Part shown: positions 14,943 through 26,641 of the stretch, in pieces
Position numbering within the stretch: position 1 is the first letter of the stretch
Layout: the number at the start of each line of letters is the position of its first letter
DNA from: Anthoceros angustus
Taxonomy: Eukaryota > Plantae > Anthocerotophyta
Assembly: GCA_010909165.1 (NCBI GenBank)
Contig: MU008163.1
Span: 1,984,001-2,048,000, forward strand
Direction of reading: 5' to 3'
Length of the DNA: 64,000 nucleotides
Program-made: the position numbers and the translations under genes
The notes under the pieces: model-generated
The model's input: the letters and a program-made list of their open reading frames with translations, nothing else
What the model was told of the DNA's origin: nothing
The model's database searches: none

Positions 14943-15361
14943 TAAATGTCCTCTCCCCGTACCTTTGAGTGTAAGAGAGTGATATTTACAAGGTTAGGAC
15001 TTGCTTATTAGCAGTCACATCTCTACTTCTTTTATCTTGTTCTCTCAATTAAAATACTGTAAAATATTCCTGGACCCATGAAATGTTTGTACGCACATCT
15101 CACCGACATGTGTGTACGTTTCCTTGAACAAGAGTGATGAAAAATGCGACACCTTGTGTTGATGAACATAGAGGCAAATGTAAGAAACCTGTAATATTTG
15201 GGCATGTGGAGCAACGTTGCCGGAGCATAGATGTGTCTCTGAAATTGGAGAACACAATGATCAACAGGGCTGCACACTCTCGCACGACATCCCTAGGATG
15301 TTGGCCAAACCTTCTAGCTGACCTTTGGTTGGGTGGTCTTGAAACGTAGCTGGCAGAAGGT

Positions 15362-17705
15362 TTAGGCTGATACAACCTTGCTGCTGAACTTCGGTTGGGT
15401 GGTACTAAAATGTACCTGGCACACAAAGCCGTTGAGCAATTCGATCATCTTCTCTTGCTTCAAACAACGTGGTGGTTTATACTGAGCAAAGCTTCCGCCA
15501 TTGGCTATGGAGAAGTTGGCCAGCTCTTCGAATGCCCCTCCCTTCAGTATTCTGAGCTCCAGGGGGTTGATGAAGTTGGAGTTGCGTAACTTTTGGTACA
15601 CGTAGTCAAAGCTCTCCTCCATGGTCCGGCAGCACTTGTCCAGCAGATCCGACGTCAGCCTGGGGCCACGTTCCGATGTCTCCCAGAAAATGACGTAATG
15701 CCCTGCCGGTTTCGACTGCGTGTCAGCGAAGCTGGTGTAGTCCCGGAGCTGCAGCCCCACCTCCTGCAGGTGCTGGGAAGCTCTGGTGACGGCTTTGTGT
15801 AGGTCTCTGTCTGTGGTCTTGTCGTAGTCGATGCTGAGAGCCGCATTGGCCCTGCCCACGAAGTAGAAGGAAGGAGCCTTGTTGTGGTGGCCTGTGCACC
15901 TCAGAATGTCCCCCATCCGATATCGGTACAGACCTGGCGCATGATCCGACACAGGTGCCAGAGGATCAGTCCAGCCACACGTACAAGACTGACGGTGCAA
16001 TTAAATTCAAAGCAACATATGTATGTGGCATTGGAAGATAACTGGGGGATGGATTTGTCTGACTCGATCGCCACTACAAATGGAACTCACCAGCATAGTT
16101 GGTGACCACAAGCTCGTACTCCTCTCCAGCCTTGACATCCGCAAGCTTGATTGCCTGGGTGTTTTGTGGGCTCCCATCACATCCATTCTGCTCGGTCGAA
16201 TTCCTCCAGGGCACAAACTCGAAGTAGGCGATGCTGGGGATGAGGGTGTAAGACACGGCAGCGGGAGGACCCAGCGGGTTCAGGTTCACAGCCAGATAGC
16301 TCTCAGAAGACGCGTACAGCTGGTTGCTAATGAGCCTCACACAGCCGCCATACTCGTGCAGCGTCGGAATATATGCCTCCATGGTACCCGCGGTTACCAC
16401 ATCCATGAGCTTGGCATTGGGCCACAGCCGGGGGACGATCCCCTTCCACTGCCCACCTTCGCACTCTCTCCGCAATCTGGATGCCAGCTCCGGATTCGGC
16501 TTGCCCAGCAGCTTCTGACAAGCAAGCCTGGCTGCGGGATCGGTGACTCGAGAATAATGCACGGTTCCGGTGGCGATGTCTCGGCACAGCTGCTCCCACT
16601 CCTTTTCCAGAACTCGCATGGCCCGCACCAGGGTGGAGCCCATGACTGCCCCCAGTCGCACCACCTCCTCGGACTGCGCCAGCCCCAGCAGCAGGTGGCA
16701 GTACATGGCTTGCTCGCTGGAAGTGCAGAGAATGACATCGTCGGGAGAAGTGAGCTGGTAGGTCGGATCGTAGGGCCGGTTGCGGAAGAGCGTGTGCTTG
16801 TAGAAACTGCTGAGAACCGGCTGGTAGAGCAGGCCTGAAGGCAACTGGCCGGAGTCTCTGCAGAAGAGGAAATACAAGCATTTTCCCTGATCCAGGCCTG
16901 GGAAACTCCTGCCAGACGAGCGAGGATTAATCACAGATCGAATTGGGCCGGACAGTGCAAGTAGCACTAGAATCTTGCTGCCAGTGCTGCCACTGCTGAG
17001 GCCGCTCCGGACAAACAATCACCTGTTGAGCACGGGCCTCAAGAAGCTGTCAGCCAGGAATCGCCTTTCCGCATCCCCCTCCACACTGGGAAACAGCTTG
17101 GGCATTCCCTTGGACGTCCCAGAGCTGCCAATGCCAAGGTTGCAAAATTCCACAGCAGGATTAAGCAGCGGACGGCTCAATCATTCAACACCCACTCACC
17201 CTTGGAATCACCCCATCAAGTTCAATCGCCCACAATCGCCCACAATCGCCCACAATCGCCCACAATCGCCCACAATCGCCCAATCACGCAATCCCGCTCA
17301 CCTTTGCATGAACTCGATAGGAGGGTCGGCGCTGAGAAGGGGAGCCGTCTCACCGTTCGCCAGGCGCAGGATATCCGGTTCCACATCCTTGTACTCCACC
17401 AGAGGCAGCGCATCTCTGAAAGCATTCACATGGGCGTCGACATGAGTACCGGTACCGGTGCAGCCAAACCGGAGGAGGTATTGGGCGCCAGCATTCCTGC
17501 TTAGAATGTCTCGAAGAACTTCCTCCTGTGCTTCACCAGCGTTTCTGGTGATGTCTTCCAGATACCGCAAGACGTTCCCTTCCCATTCCGCAAACTTTGC
17601 GAACTTGTCTAGCCCGGGATCTGGCGTCGTGTTTGCCGTCACATTTCGGAAAGTAAGCAGCAGAGACGCCGGACGCCGGCCTCGCTCGCATTCCATCGTG
17701 TCCAT
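15362..17705 (-). CDS. GH3: GH3 acyl-acid amido synthetase, 4 exons
   Basis: All three adenylation motifs are present: SSGTSKGMPKLFP (about 17090-17125), YASSE and GLYRYRMGDIL. Also GHYVIFWE and YKPPRC. The substrate subgroup cannot be assigned by eye. Confidence 0.95.
17223..17282. repeat. Six copies of the 10-bp unit CAATCGCCCA in GH3 intron 1
   Basis: Directly visible; lies within the intron at about 17127-17299. Confidence 0.95.
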
Positions 17706-19294
17706 CTCTGCCTCTGCAATCGTCCCTGCTGATATCGCCTACATACTGATATCGCCGGTCCTTAGAACTGCTCGAGTTATTGATGCGACTGAGTGCAGAG
17801 GTGGGGCCCACTACCTCACCGTAGGCATCCATTGAGACCATATCCGCCCCATCCACATCTCCATGGATGGGGCGATACCTCCATGGATGGGTCGCGCATG
17901 CCATACCATGAACCATTTGGCAGGCACAGGTTTTTTTTAATTTCATATTTTGAAAATAAATTAAAACTAATCCGGGGGGAACCTTCAGCAAGGGTTCTGA
18001 TTCCCCGATGTGGCACTTAAGGCCAAAGCAGAGCCCTTCACTCATACAGCAGAGCCCTTCACTCATACATCACTAAAATTCAACGGCGTTTAGCTTGCTT
18101 GAAGACCTGCCATCACTTTGCAAAACATACTTGCAATACATAAGCTTGTAATGCCTAGTTGATACAGATGATGCACCGATGGCATGAACTTCTTCTCACG
18201 AGCTCATGGGCAGGCGGATAGAGGCGGTGGAGTTGAAACAACTACACACTTCTTCCAATGGGCAGGCGGATAGAGGAGTGAAGGTGGAACAAGTACACGG
18301 TAGAACACTCACACCAACGTAAGGAAGAGGAGCTGGTTGATACTCTTCGCTTGAGCAAACATATGCAACTCCTAGCTTCAAGTCACAGCTTGGGCAAAAA
18401 GGATCACGGTTTGCTTGGCTCATCGGACTAATTCGTCCACATAAATCCTATCTTCCCAAATTATCCCTTACAACGCTAAAAGATGGCTACCCAATCCTAC
18501 GTTTGTGAGGCGCCCAGGCCCCACAATCAAAAGGCGCATTCCTTTCATTCCTTGCATGTGCATTTGCATATGATTGTGAATGCGGGGCGGGCCATGCACT
18601 GTGAATGGCCTGGCGGTTCGCCAGGCCGTACACTCATGAACCGACATTGCCAGGCTCGTGGATATGTCCGATAGACGTTTGTGAATTTGAAGTGGTCTCC
18701 TACTCACACTAGTCTGTCACGGCACGACAGTGCATTATCACGGCCGGAATTCTGGACCTATCCCCACTGGTCTGTTACAGCACGACAGTGCATTATCAGG
18801 CCGAGGAGGAATCCAATCCAATCCGCGCCAAGCCATCCTTCTATTTTCTAGTTCTTCTGGTGTGTACCTTTTTTCCGAGCTCAAATTGAGCGATCCTGGT
18901 TGGGAGACCTTTACAGACTTTTCTCTACTCTGAGAAGCACCCTATCCTAGTATGTGGTCACCCGCCCCAGGGGCGCTTGACCACAGAGTTCCCAGGAACT
19001 CCATGCAAGAACTCCAAAATGCCAGCAACAGCTGAAGGTTTTAGTTTGTTTCGATTTTAGTTGAAGATTGGTACCAGCCGATCGAGGGTGCATTATATAG
19101 TAGTATCGGGCTGTTCTTCCACTTCGCATTCTCACACAAACAACCACAAAGCACTACCAAAGCACATCATGTCGGGCACTGGCCCCGATATACGTTGGGC
19201 CTCCATTCACCTTGTGCTGTTTGTTACCGTTTACAGGTTTTGGTCGACATCACGAACGGCGTTGGGGTTCTTTACTTGATGATGAAGAAGAAAA

Positions 19295-19570
19295 GAACAG
19301 CCTCCAGCATTTGGAATAATGCGATTTGGCATTGCAATTTGCATTGCGCTGTGTCTGTATGAAGGAGGTGATCGGGGCGACGGTGACAGAGCGGTGCTGC
19401 AACTCTCGTCATGGCTGATGCGCGCCTGACCAAGGCTGAGCGAACGACCCCGATCTACACCCCGGGGTGCGGATGCTGTTCACGATGGCGTTGGACATGC
19501 CAGCGCCGGGCACCGTGACGTGCATTAGGTTTCTCGCCTGATGTTTGGTATGTTAGGAAACCACCTGGTG
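19295..19570 (+). pseudogene. Internally deleted relic of the 2986-4095 MYND cassette
   Basis: 23 nt are identical to 2986-3008. ATGGCTGATGCGCGCCTGACCAAGGCTGAG at 19411 matches 3294; GGGCACCGTGACGTGC matches about 3507; TGTTAGGAAA..ACCTG matches about 4072. The MYND finger is absent. Confidence 0.75.
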
Positions 19571-19863
19571 GTTCCTCACAGAGCCCTAGAGAGGCAGCTT
19601 AGCTTAATTTGAAAGTTTTGAAATTCGAGAAGCCTCCCTTGGCTGCGACAGAATTCCACTTGCGAGGTTCACTTGCGAGGGCGAGCGTCAAAGGGATCAA
19701 AGGCACTGACCTTGAGTTTTCATCGTACACACCTCATGGACATGGATATGGCGGACGAGCAATTGAGCCAGACTTCAATCGTGCAGCTAGCACATTGCCC
19801 ACCTAAGTTAGCAGGTTGTGACTAGGCAGGGCTACCTGTTTCCTTGTGCTCAACTTACGAGTC

Positions 19864-22800
19864 TCAAATGGCCATGTCCTCTTCGTCAGATGATGAGCTG
19901 CTACTATCGCTTCCAAACTGTTGCACGATGGTTGCCTTGTTCGTAGCAGGGTGCTTCCCATTGCTCAACAAGTTAGAAGGGAAACAAATTTTGGACAGAA
20001 GCAGGCCCACGGTGATTGACAAAGCAACAACCACCATATCGAAGACAAAGCCCATTCCGGAAAGGACATCCTCTTTGAGAAGTGCAGCCACTCCTTGGAC
20101 TCCGATTCCCCCAGGGACTAGTAGGAGAATGCCTGATAGTACCATCACTAGAGGAAGGTCACCTGTGAAATACGAGTAACTTGTGCCTGGAAATGAGGAA
20201 AATGCACACAGTCAGTCCAGTTCGTGGGAAGAACAGATGCCCTTGCAAACAATTAACCATGAAGGTGCAGGAAGTTGAAGCATACCTGTAAGGCCCACGG
20301 CAAATGCAGCAACCACTGTGGAAGAACTGGAGTTCAACCATACGCCTGCCAGAGTCGACGACAAATAGCCTACGAATGCAGCTAAGGTCATTCCTGGCCA
20401 CTGGTCTAATCTTGCGTTCAGAAGCACGTTGGAAGATATCACATAGCCAATGAACCTGTGAACCAGGATGACGTCGTTGTTATTTCAACAGTCCCAGGAG
20501 TAGGTCATATTCTGGAAGTGACAAGCCTACTGTAACACGTATCCTACCACAAGCCGTTCCACCACCAAGCAAGGTTTGGTGGGCTGCATTCCGATTCCGG
20601 TGGTGCAGGCCGCCAGAATACAAGGTTATCGCCAACAGCAAGACCAAAGCCAAGTTGTAGTGCTGAAAAGAGAGCATTCATAATGCGGGAACTGCCTGTT
20701 ACTGCTGCCTTTGCTACCATGTCACTCACCCCAAGGGAAAGTGATAGTCCTGCAATATTCATTCCAGCACATTAACGTCCAATTGTTTAAGGCAACAGCT
20801 AATCTGCATCATGGCACACAGAAGTACCTGGAAGAAGCTGAACCAAGGAAGAAAGTGCCATGGGAAAGTAGCAGAGCTTTGCGAAGCCGAAGTACAGGGA
20901 AAATAGTTTTGCCAGAAATGACACGGAAAGAGCAGCTATGAACTCCATGACATTTTGAAACAGAGATGACTTGCATCCAACGAAATCCAGGATCCCCACG
21001 ACCAGACCCAGAATAATTGAGAAGAAACCATCCCACAAATTGCCTGCCAAACATAATACAAGGCCCACACAATTAGAAAGGAGTATCACCAATCACGTGT
21101 ACATTTTGCCTAACATGCGTCAACCGAAAATCTGCCTCATAAAGCAAAATAAGCTTCCCACCACCGAAGAACAGAACTGAAGCTGTTCCAGCTGCCAACC
21201 CGAACCCCATCAACCTCCACCAGATTCTCCCAAACTCAGGAGGCGACTTAACAATTGCCTTCAGCCGCCAATATGCCAACAATAGAGGAGTGTCTTCATG
21301 TCCAGCATTGTTGGCAAGCTCATCAGCACGCCCAAGTTTATCAACATCCAGGTCACTCTCAACCGTAAGGAGATGGACCTCCGATGGTCTGTTCAAATAC
21401 AGCACTATGAGTACACCTTAAAGAGCAGATAAACTGACATGCCTACATTCCATCCTCAGACAAGGTTGTTTTAAGCTAGACCATCTGATGTGAACAGCTG
21501 GATATCTCATGAACCAAAATGAACAGAACCTGGTAAAACGCCAAAGCTCTCAGACTAGACCTGTCCTGATTGTCATTGTCGAAAGAAAGAAGTATGAGTG
21601 CAGGAAAAACTGCAATACAGACATCTACATCCAGACGTCCTGCTGCTTTCTCAACGAGATACTCTGTCCTCGAGGCAGAGCTACCGTAGCTGTGCAGTGC
21701 TGTAGCCAGCCGGATAATAAACTTCTTGCGTAGGTTTTCACTTCCATTCGATTGAGGCTTACTCCTCCAACGCTGAACTGCCAAAATTCCACTAGAGGTC
21801 CAAACTCAGTGTGCAAGCTACGTACCCATACTCTCACGTCGGGGAAAATTCTGACTGCACTTCACGTATACTCTCCGAGCTGAGAATTCAAAAGGTCTAT
21901 ACCGACTTCATCCTCCGTCAAACTCGAAACCTTGCGGATGCCGTCCTTGTGTCTCGCCTTCCCCTTGTCTTTTCCATGACGTCCATTTGTGCTCGGTGCC
22001 AAAGCTCCCGCGGCTTGCAGGAGCCTTTCTCTAACACCTTTCCCACCCAGCATCTTGTGCTCTAGCAGGAACAACTAGCCCCTGTTCAACAACCGAAAAG
22101 ACCGTCTCACAACCACACAAGGTACTACAGTGACGAGGATTTCACTAGCTATTCGTGCCAACCGAAACCGAACTTTGCCAAAGTTTCTCATGAAACACTC
22201 AAACAGAGATCTGTCCACTCCCTGTCCCAAAAGTATCCGATGACGGAAAGCAAATGGATGACACACAGGCAACTCATGAAACTCCTGCTCCTTGAGAGAC
22301 CACAACACCTCTTTGGCCACCGAGAATGCCGCTCCGTCAACCAGATTTTCAGTCGTGAACGACCCACCAAACCAGGCAAACGTGTCGGCCCGACTATAGC
22401 TTCCAAACCAGCTCAATCTGACCTGGTCAGGACCTGAAATTCAGGATTTCACACCACGCTCGAATGAGCATGCAACACCTAACAAATGCGCCGACAATCA
22501 GGATAACCCCACCACTCTGGGCAGCGACTGCTCCATCGCTTCCTCCAAACCTTCCCGGACGACAGCTGAGCCAACCAAGTGTCAAGTGACTGCAGCCGTT
22601 GATGCAGGGAGATCAACCGTCAGGAATTCATCGGTCCGAGTCCCAGAGGAGACAACGCTTTCTTTATCAGGCCAGCTCCGCGTAGTGGGAGGTGCCAAGT
22701 GGATTTTGTCCTTTCCACTTGGCAAGGCATTTGCGGTCAGGACCGAGTTCATAGTTTAACGTTGAGAAGCAGATGCATTTAGGGCTGGACGAGGATGGTT

Positions 22801-23814
22801 TGAACCTTCTACAAAGGAGAAAATGACAGTGGAGATGTCTGCCAGCTGCTTTGAGTACGTCCAGGCACTAGTATGAAGCGCACAGAATTTTGTACAAGAA
22901 CAGAAAATTGTGACAGTCGCAATGTTGTGATGTAGTACAATTGAGATGGTGCAGGAACCCGGCACCATGTTGTAGCAAACGAATTCAAGGGGGCAGAAGC
23001 TCATCTCGGAGCAGGAGGTATACACAATTGGAGCACAGGGAATCATAATGTGGACATCACGGAAAACCAGAATCCGTCAAGCACAACCTGGGGCACGACC
23101 AGCTAGATCCTTGGCCATTCAGCAAAGCATGTCTGTTGCACTCACAGACAGGCATTGGAATGAGAGAAACCAGCAGCTTCAGTGAGTCATGTCGAGTGCC
23201 CTGCTATTTCAACAAAGTTGACACGAGCCAAGCTCCAGCAGGTGTCGTGGGCAGTAGAGCTTGGAGGTGCTTCACCATCCCAGGTGATGTATAATTGCAC
23301 GCAGAGAAGCGGCAATCAGTGCATCAAGCTCAAGATCACACAGCGTCGCACTGCCAGTGCAGCCGATGCATCGCAGCGTCCCGGTCAAGTGATGTCAACT
23401 GTTTGTGCGCTTCTGTGCATCCATGTCAAAATGTTGTGGGTTGTTGCTGCCTGTTTCACTGGCAATCTGAGCGGGAGGTGTGGACGGCGTTGTGGGGATG
23501 GCAAAATCCGGGGGTTTTGCGGCGGTATTCTCTAAGTCGCTACTGGAAGCTCTCTCACCTGGTGTTGCCGCGGAATCCTCTGGATCTGGCCTGTTTGGAG
23601 AGCCAGATCTCAACGGGGTGCTCTGTCCTGACGGGATCAGAGGCCTGCGGGGTAGATCTAAGGAGACAGACTTTGGAATAGGAAGGTGCACATGGTTGGA
23701 GATGGCGAAGTCATCGAAGTAGTCCTTGGAGGATTCCTCGACGCTGCGTCTTCGTTTGTACAGGGGATCGTAAATGGGTTCCTTGGGATCACGCCGGGAC
23801 ATTGTTACTGCCAT
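19864..23814 (-). CDS. ThrE/PRM10-like exporter, paralogue 2, with a long N-terminal extension (exons upstream of about 22430 uncertain)
   Basis: KKFIIRLATALHSYGSSASRTEYLVEKAA, LVQLLPG, TGSSRIMNALFSALQLGFGL and LVPGGIGVQG..SITVGLL. In-frame splice joins were traced back through the 21866-22070 and about 22145-22430 exons. A Ser/Pro-rich ORF at 23395-23814 is the likely but unproven first exon. Confidence 0.72.
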
Positions 23815-24761
23815 GGAATGTCTGCCTTACAAGAGTCTAGGTCTAGCATGACAGCCCGTGTTCCCTGCCAAGACTTCATATGACAGCTTTGTCTCCATCT
23901 GTTTTAGCCCCAGCTTGGCACATGAAGGAAGCTTTCTTGCTCCGGATCATCACTAGTGGCAGCGAGGTGATGCGTCAAGTCCAAGAATTCTGCAAAAATG
24001 CAGGCTTAAAAGCAGCAACACTGCTTGGAGAGGAGGCCGAATGTCCCCTTCGCAGGATCACACTCGCAGTAGAGGCACAGCAAGCTAAGTGGAACTTGTA
24101 GGGCGTTTTTCAATATCTTTGAGACTTACAGCCTTGAGTTGCTGGTTGTCTCCTGTCTGGTCAATTCTTCAGCCATCCAGGAAACTGGCATCAAGATTTC
24201 CTAGCTTCAAGACAATGCTTGCACTTGAGAGGAGTCACAGCGTACGTGACCTGCCTACAAGAAGGATGGCAACAGGCAGGAGGGCATGGGCGGCACGCCT
24301 TCCCGGCCACTGCGTCTCTTCCAGCTGTGCCCTTTCAATCTTTCAACATATGTAGTACCTTTTTAGACGAGCTAGCTTCATGCGCATAAACGCACACATT
24401 TCTCGCAAAATTCCAAAATTCTTAACCCATTTATCAATTTAATTTATAGGTTTTCTTATCGTATTACAATAAGCGATATTCATCTTGTTAACCTTCATTA
24501 TTTATTTTAATTAAATGGACAGTATTATCATATATATATCTATTTAAAATAATAGTATAGGGTTATTAAAATTCAAGATCAACAAAAGAAATATGAAACA
24601 ACAACAAAATAAATCTTAACCCTCCTAAATACCTAGTAAGGTGAGGTTTAGGTTTATGAAATCAACACAATGTGAATTAGCATTGAGTCCCAACAAATTG
24701 GAGCTCTTTATGTGTGGAGTAAGTGAGTGATGCGTTTCATGGGCTTAAACCCTCGCCAGGA

Positions 24762-26267
24762 ATGGGAACTAATGTTACTCCTGGAACGGAACCTTGGCCA
24801 TCATTATTAAAATACTCTAGCCCATGTATTGTGACAGCTAAGACTTCTAGTTCTGCAAAAGGAAAGGTATAAGACAATTCAATCCTTTGTATTTTTAATT
24901 CACACCATGTGGAGAAAGATTATTCATATATTTCATCATAACATATTCTGCAGAGTGGCAAAAGCAGCCCTGCAAATGAGCCAAGGGCTAGTGTATCGAC
25001 CACAGAAGATATATTGGATGCAATATTGCCTCCTAGGTGAGTATTCTCAAGTGATTAGTACTTCCCTAATTTTTCAATCATGTTTGGAAATAGTAATCTT
25101 TCTTTTAATTACTAGACAATGGACGGAAGATGGAACCATTTGGGCACAACATGTTTCCACAACCCCTGCAACTCGGCTTGATGTGATCAACTTGCAGGTT
25201 CATTTTTCTTATTCCAATAAGTGTATGGTGAAAATTTGAGTCGGACGCCTTATCTAAAATGTCATATATATTGCTTTTGCCAGGAAAAACTTGACCAACA
25301 ATTACAACATAGGGCTGCTCGTGAAACCGGAATTTGCCCTATAAGGGAGGAACTCTATGCACAAGTATAACTTCTGGTTTTTTTTTCCAATTTCATGTTC
25401 ACAAGAATGAAATTTTCTTCAGTTTGCATAAAACTTTTTAAATAATATCAAGAGAAGTACATTCATGTGAATTCTCAAGAGTAACATTTCATTTGTTTGG
25501 ACGTAGTGTTTTGATGAGCTCATAAGACAAGTAACTGTGAATTGTGCTGAACGCGGGCTCTTGCTTCTTCGTGTACGCGACGAGTTGAGGATGGTAAGCA
25601 TGTGCAATGACAATTTTTTGAGTTCATGAAAGAAATGCTTGAAAAACTTATATTGTCATAAGTGAAAGATGCCATGTAGTATGAGCTAAATTTTCAGTCC
25701 TCAAATAGCACAATATAGAAGGCATCTTATAATGTTGTAATCACAATTTCAACACTAACAGACCATAGCTGCGTACCAAACGCTTTATGAGAGTAGTGTG
25801 GCATTTGGATTGAGGAAAGCTTTACAGACTGAGTGTGGGAAAGCCAACATGGACGTCCGCATTCAACAAGTATGTTTTGGTTTTATTTTATAAAATATGT
25901 GATATATTTTGAATGGTAATTTAAAAGCTATCAGTAATCACGACTGAGTCCTCTAAACTGACGGCAGTTGGAAGCTGAACTCAAGGAGCTTGATAAACAA
26001 GTTGTAGAGTGGAAGGTAGATGTCGCTATTATTTTTACATCAAGAAAATTATCAAATTTTGATATGACTTCGCCATTTCAAGTTGATGGAAACTCATCCT
26101 TTAACTCTTAATGTATTCAGAATAAATGTGAGGTTAATGAAAAAAGAGATGCCGAAAGACGCACTTATGAAGAAAAGAAACACACAGAAGAAATTGCTTA
26201 CTTCACACGCTCTAATAAGCAACTTAAAGCTCAACTAGAGGCTTTCTTGGCTCCCACCAAAAAATAA
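24762..26267 (+). CDS. DNALI1: Axonemal inner-arm dynein light chain p28 (DNALI1/IDA4 family), 246 aa, 8 exons: 24762-24866, 24954-25036, 25116-25197, 25284-25364, 25507-25593, 25762-25869, 25968-26015, 26121-26267
   Basis: Hand translation gives SLLKY, EDILDAILPPRQWTEDG, TPATRLDVINLQ, ARETGICPIREELYAQCFDELIRQVTVNCAERGLLLLRVRDELRMTIAAYQTLYESSVAFGLRKAL and KKHTEEI..NKQLKAQLE. Exons total 741 nt with consistent phases and GT-AG ends. Confidence 0.95.
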
Positions 26268-26641
26268 TATGACATGGTGATTTCTTGGTACTTGTATAAA
26301 AATGAAGCTGCTTTTGCAGCACCATTTTCTCTTAAGGTTGAAGGAGCAAGAAGGTTTTGTAGAGCAATATGAACCAATTTTGAGAGTACTATCTGTATAA
26401 GTATTGAAATTTATACAAATTCAATATGGTTTGTTGGGAATGAAACAAATTAACTACTGAAAGTTTTCATTCCTCTAACGAGCAAAAGTACATTCAAGTT
26501 CACCCTAACGTGAACTTGAATAACAATATTATAGCCCAGAACTTTCCACCTGTAATATAACGATGTTTATTCTAGCAGATGTTGGTGTTGAAATTTTTCT
26601 CATTATTTTATATTATGGGAAAGCATATACATGCAACAAAA

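Noticed and set aside
16023-16881. Long ORFs overlapping GH3 (271 aa on +, 184 aa in an alternative minus frame)
   Set aside because: Shadow frames of a GC-rich exon with no recognisable motifs.
17706-18900. Auxin-response elements upstream of GH3
   Set aside because: I saw only an isolated CCGACA (about 18642) and some short local duplications; no paired or clustered AuxREs.
23880-24101. ORF faintly resembling a PPC/DUF296 domain
   Set aside because: The similarity is short and weak and no further exons were found; more likely upstream or UTR sequence of exporter 2.
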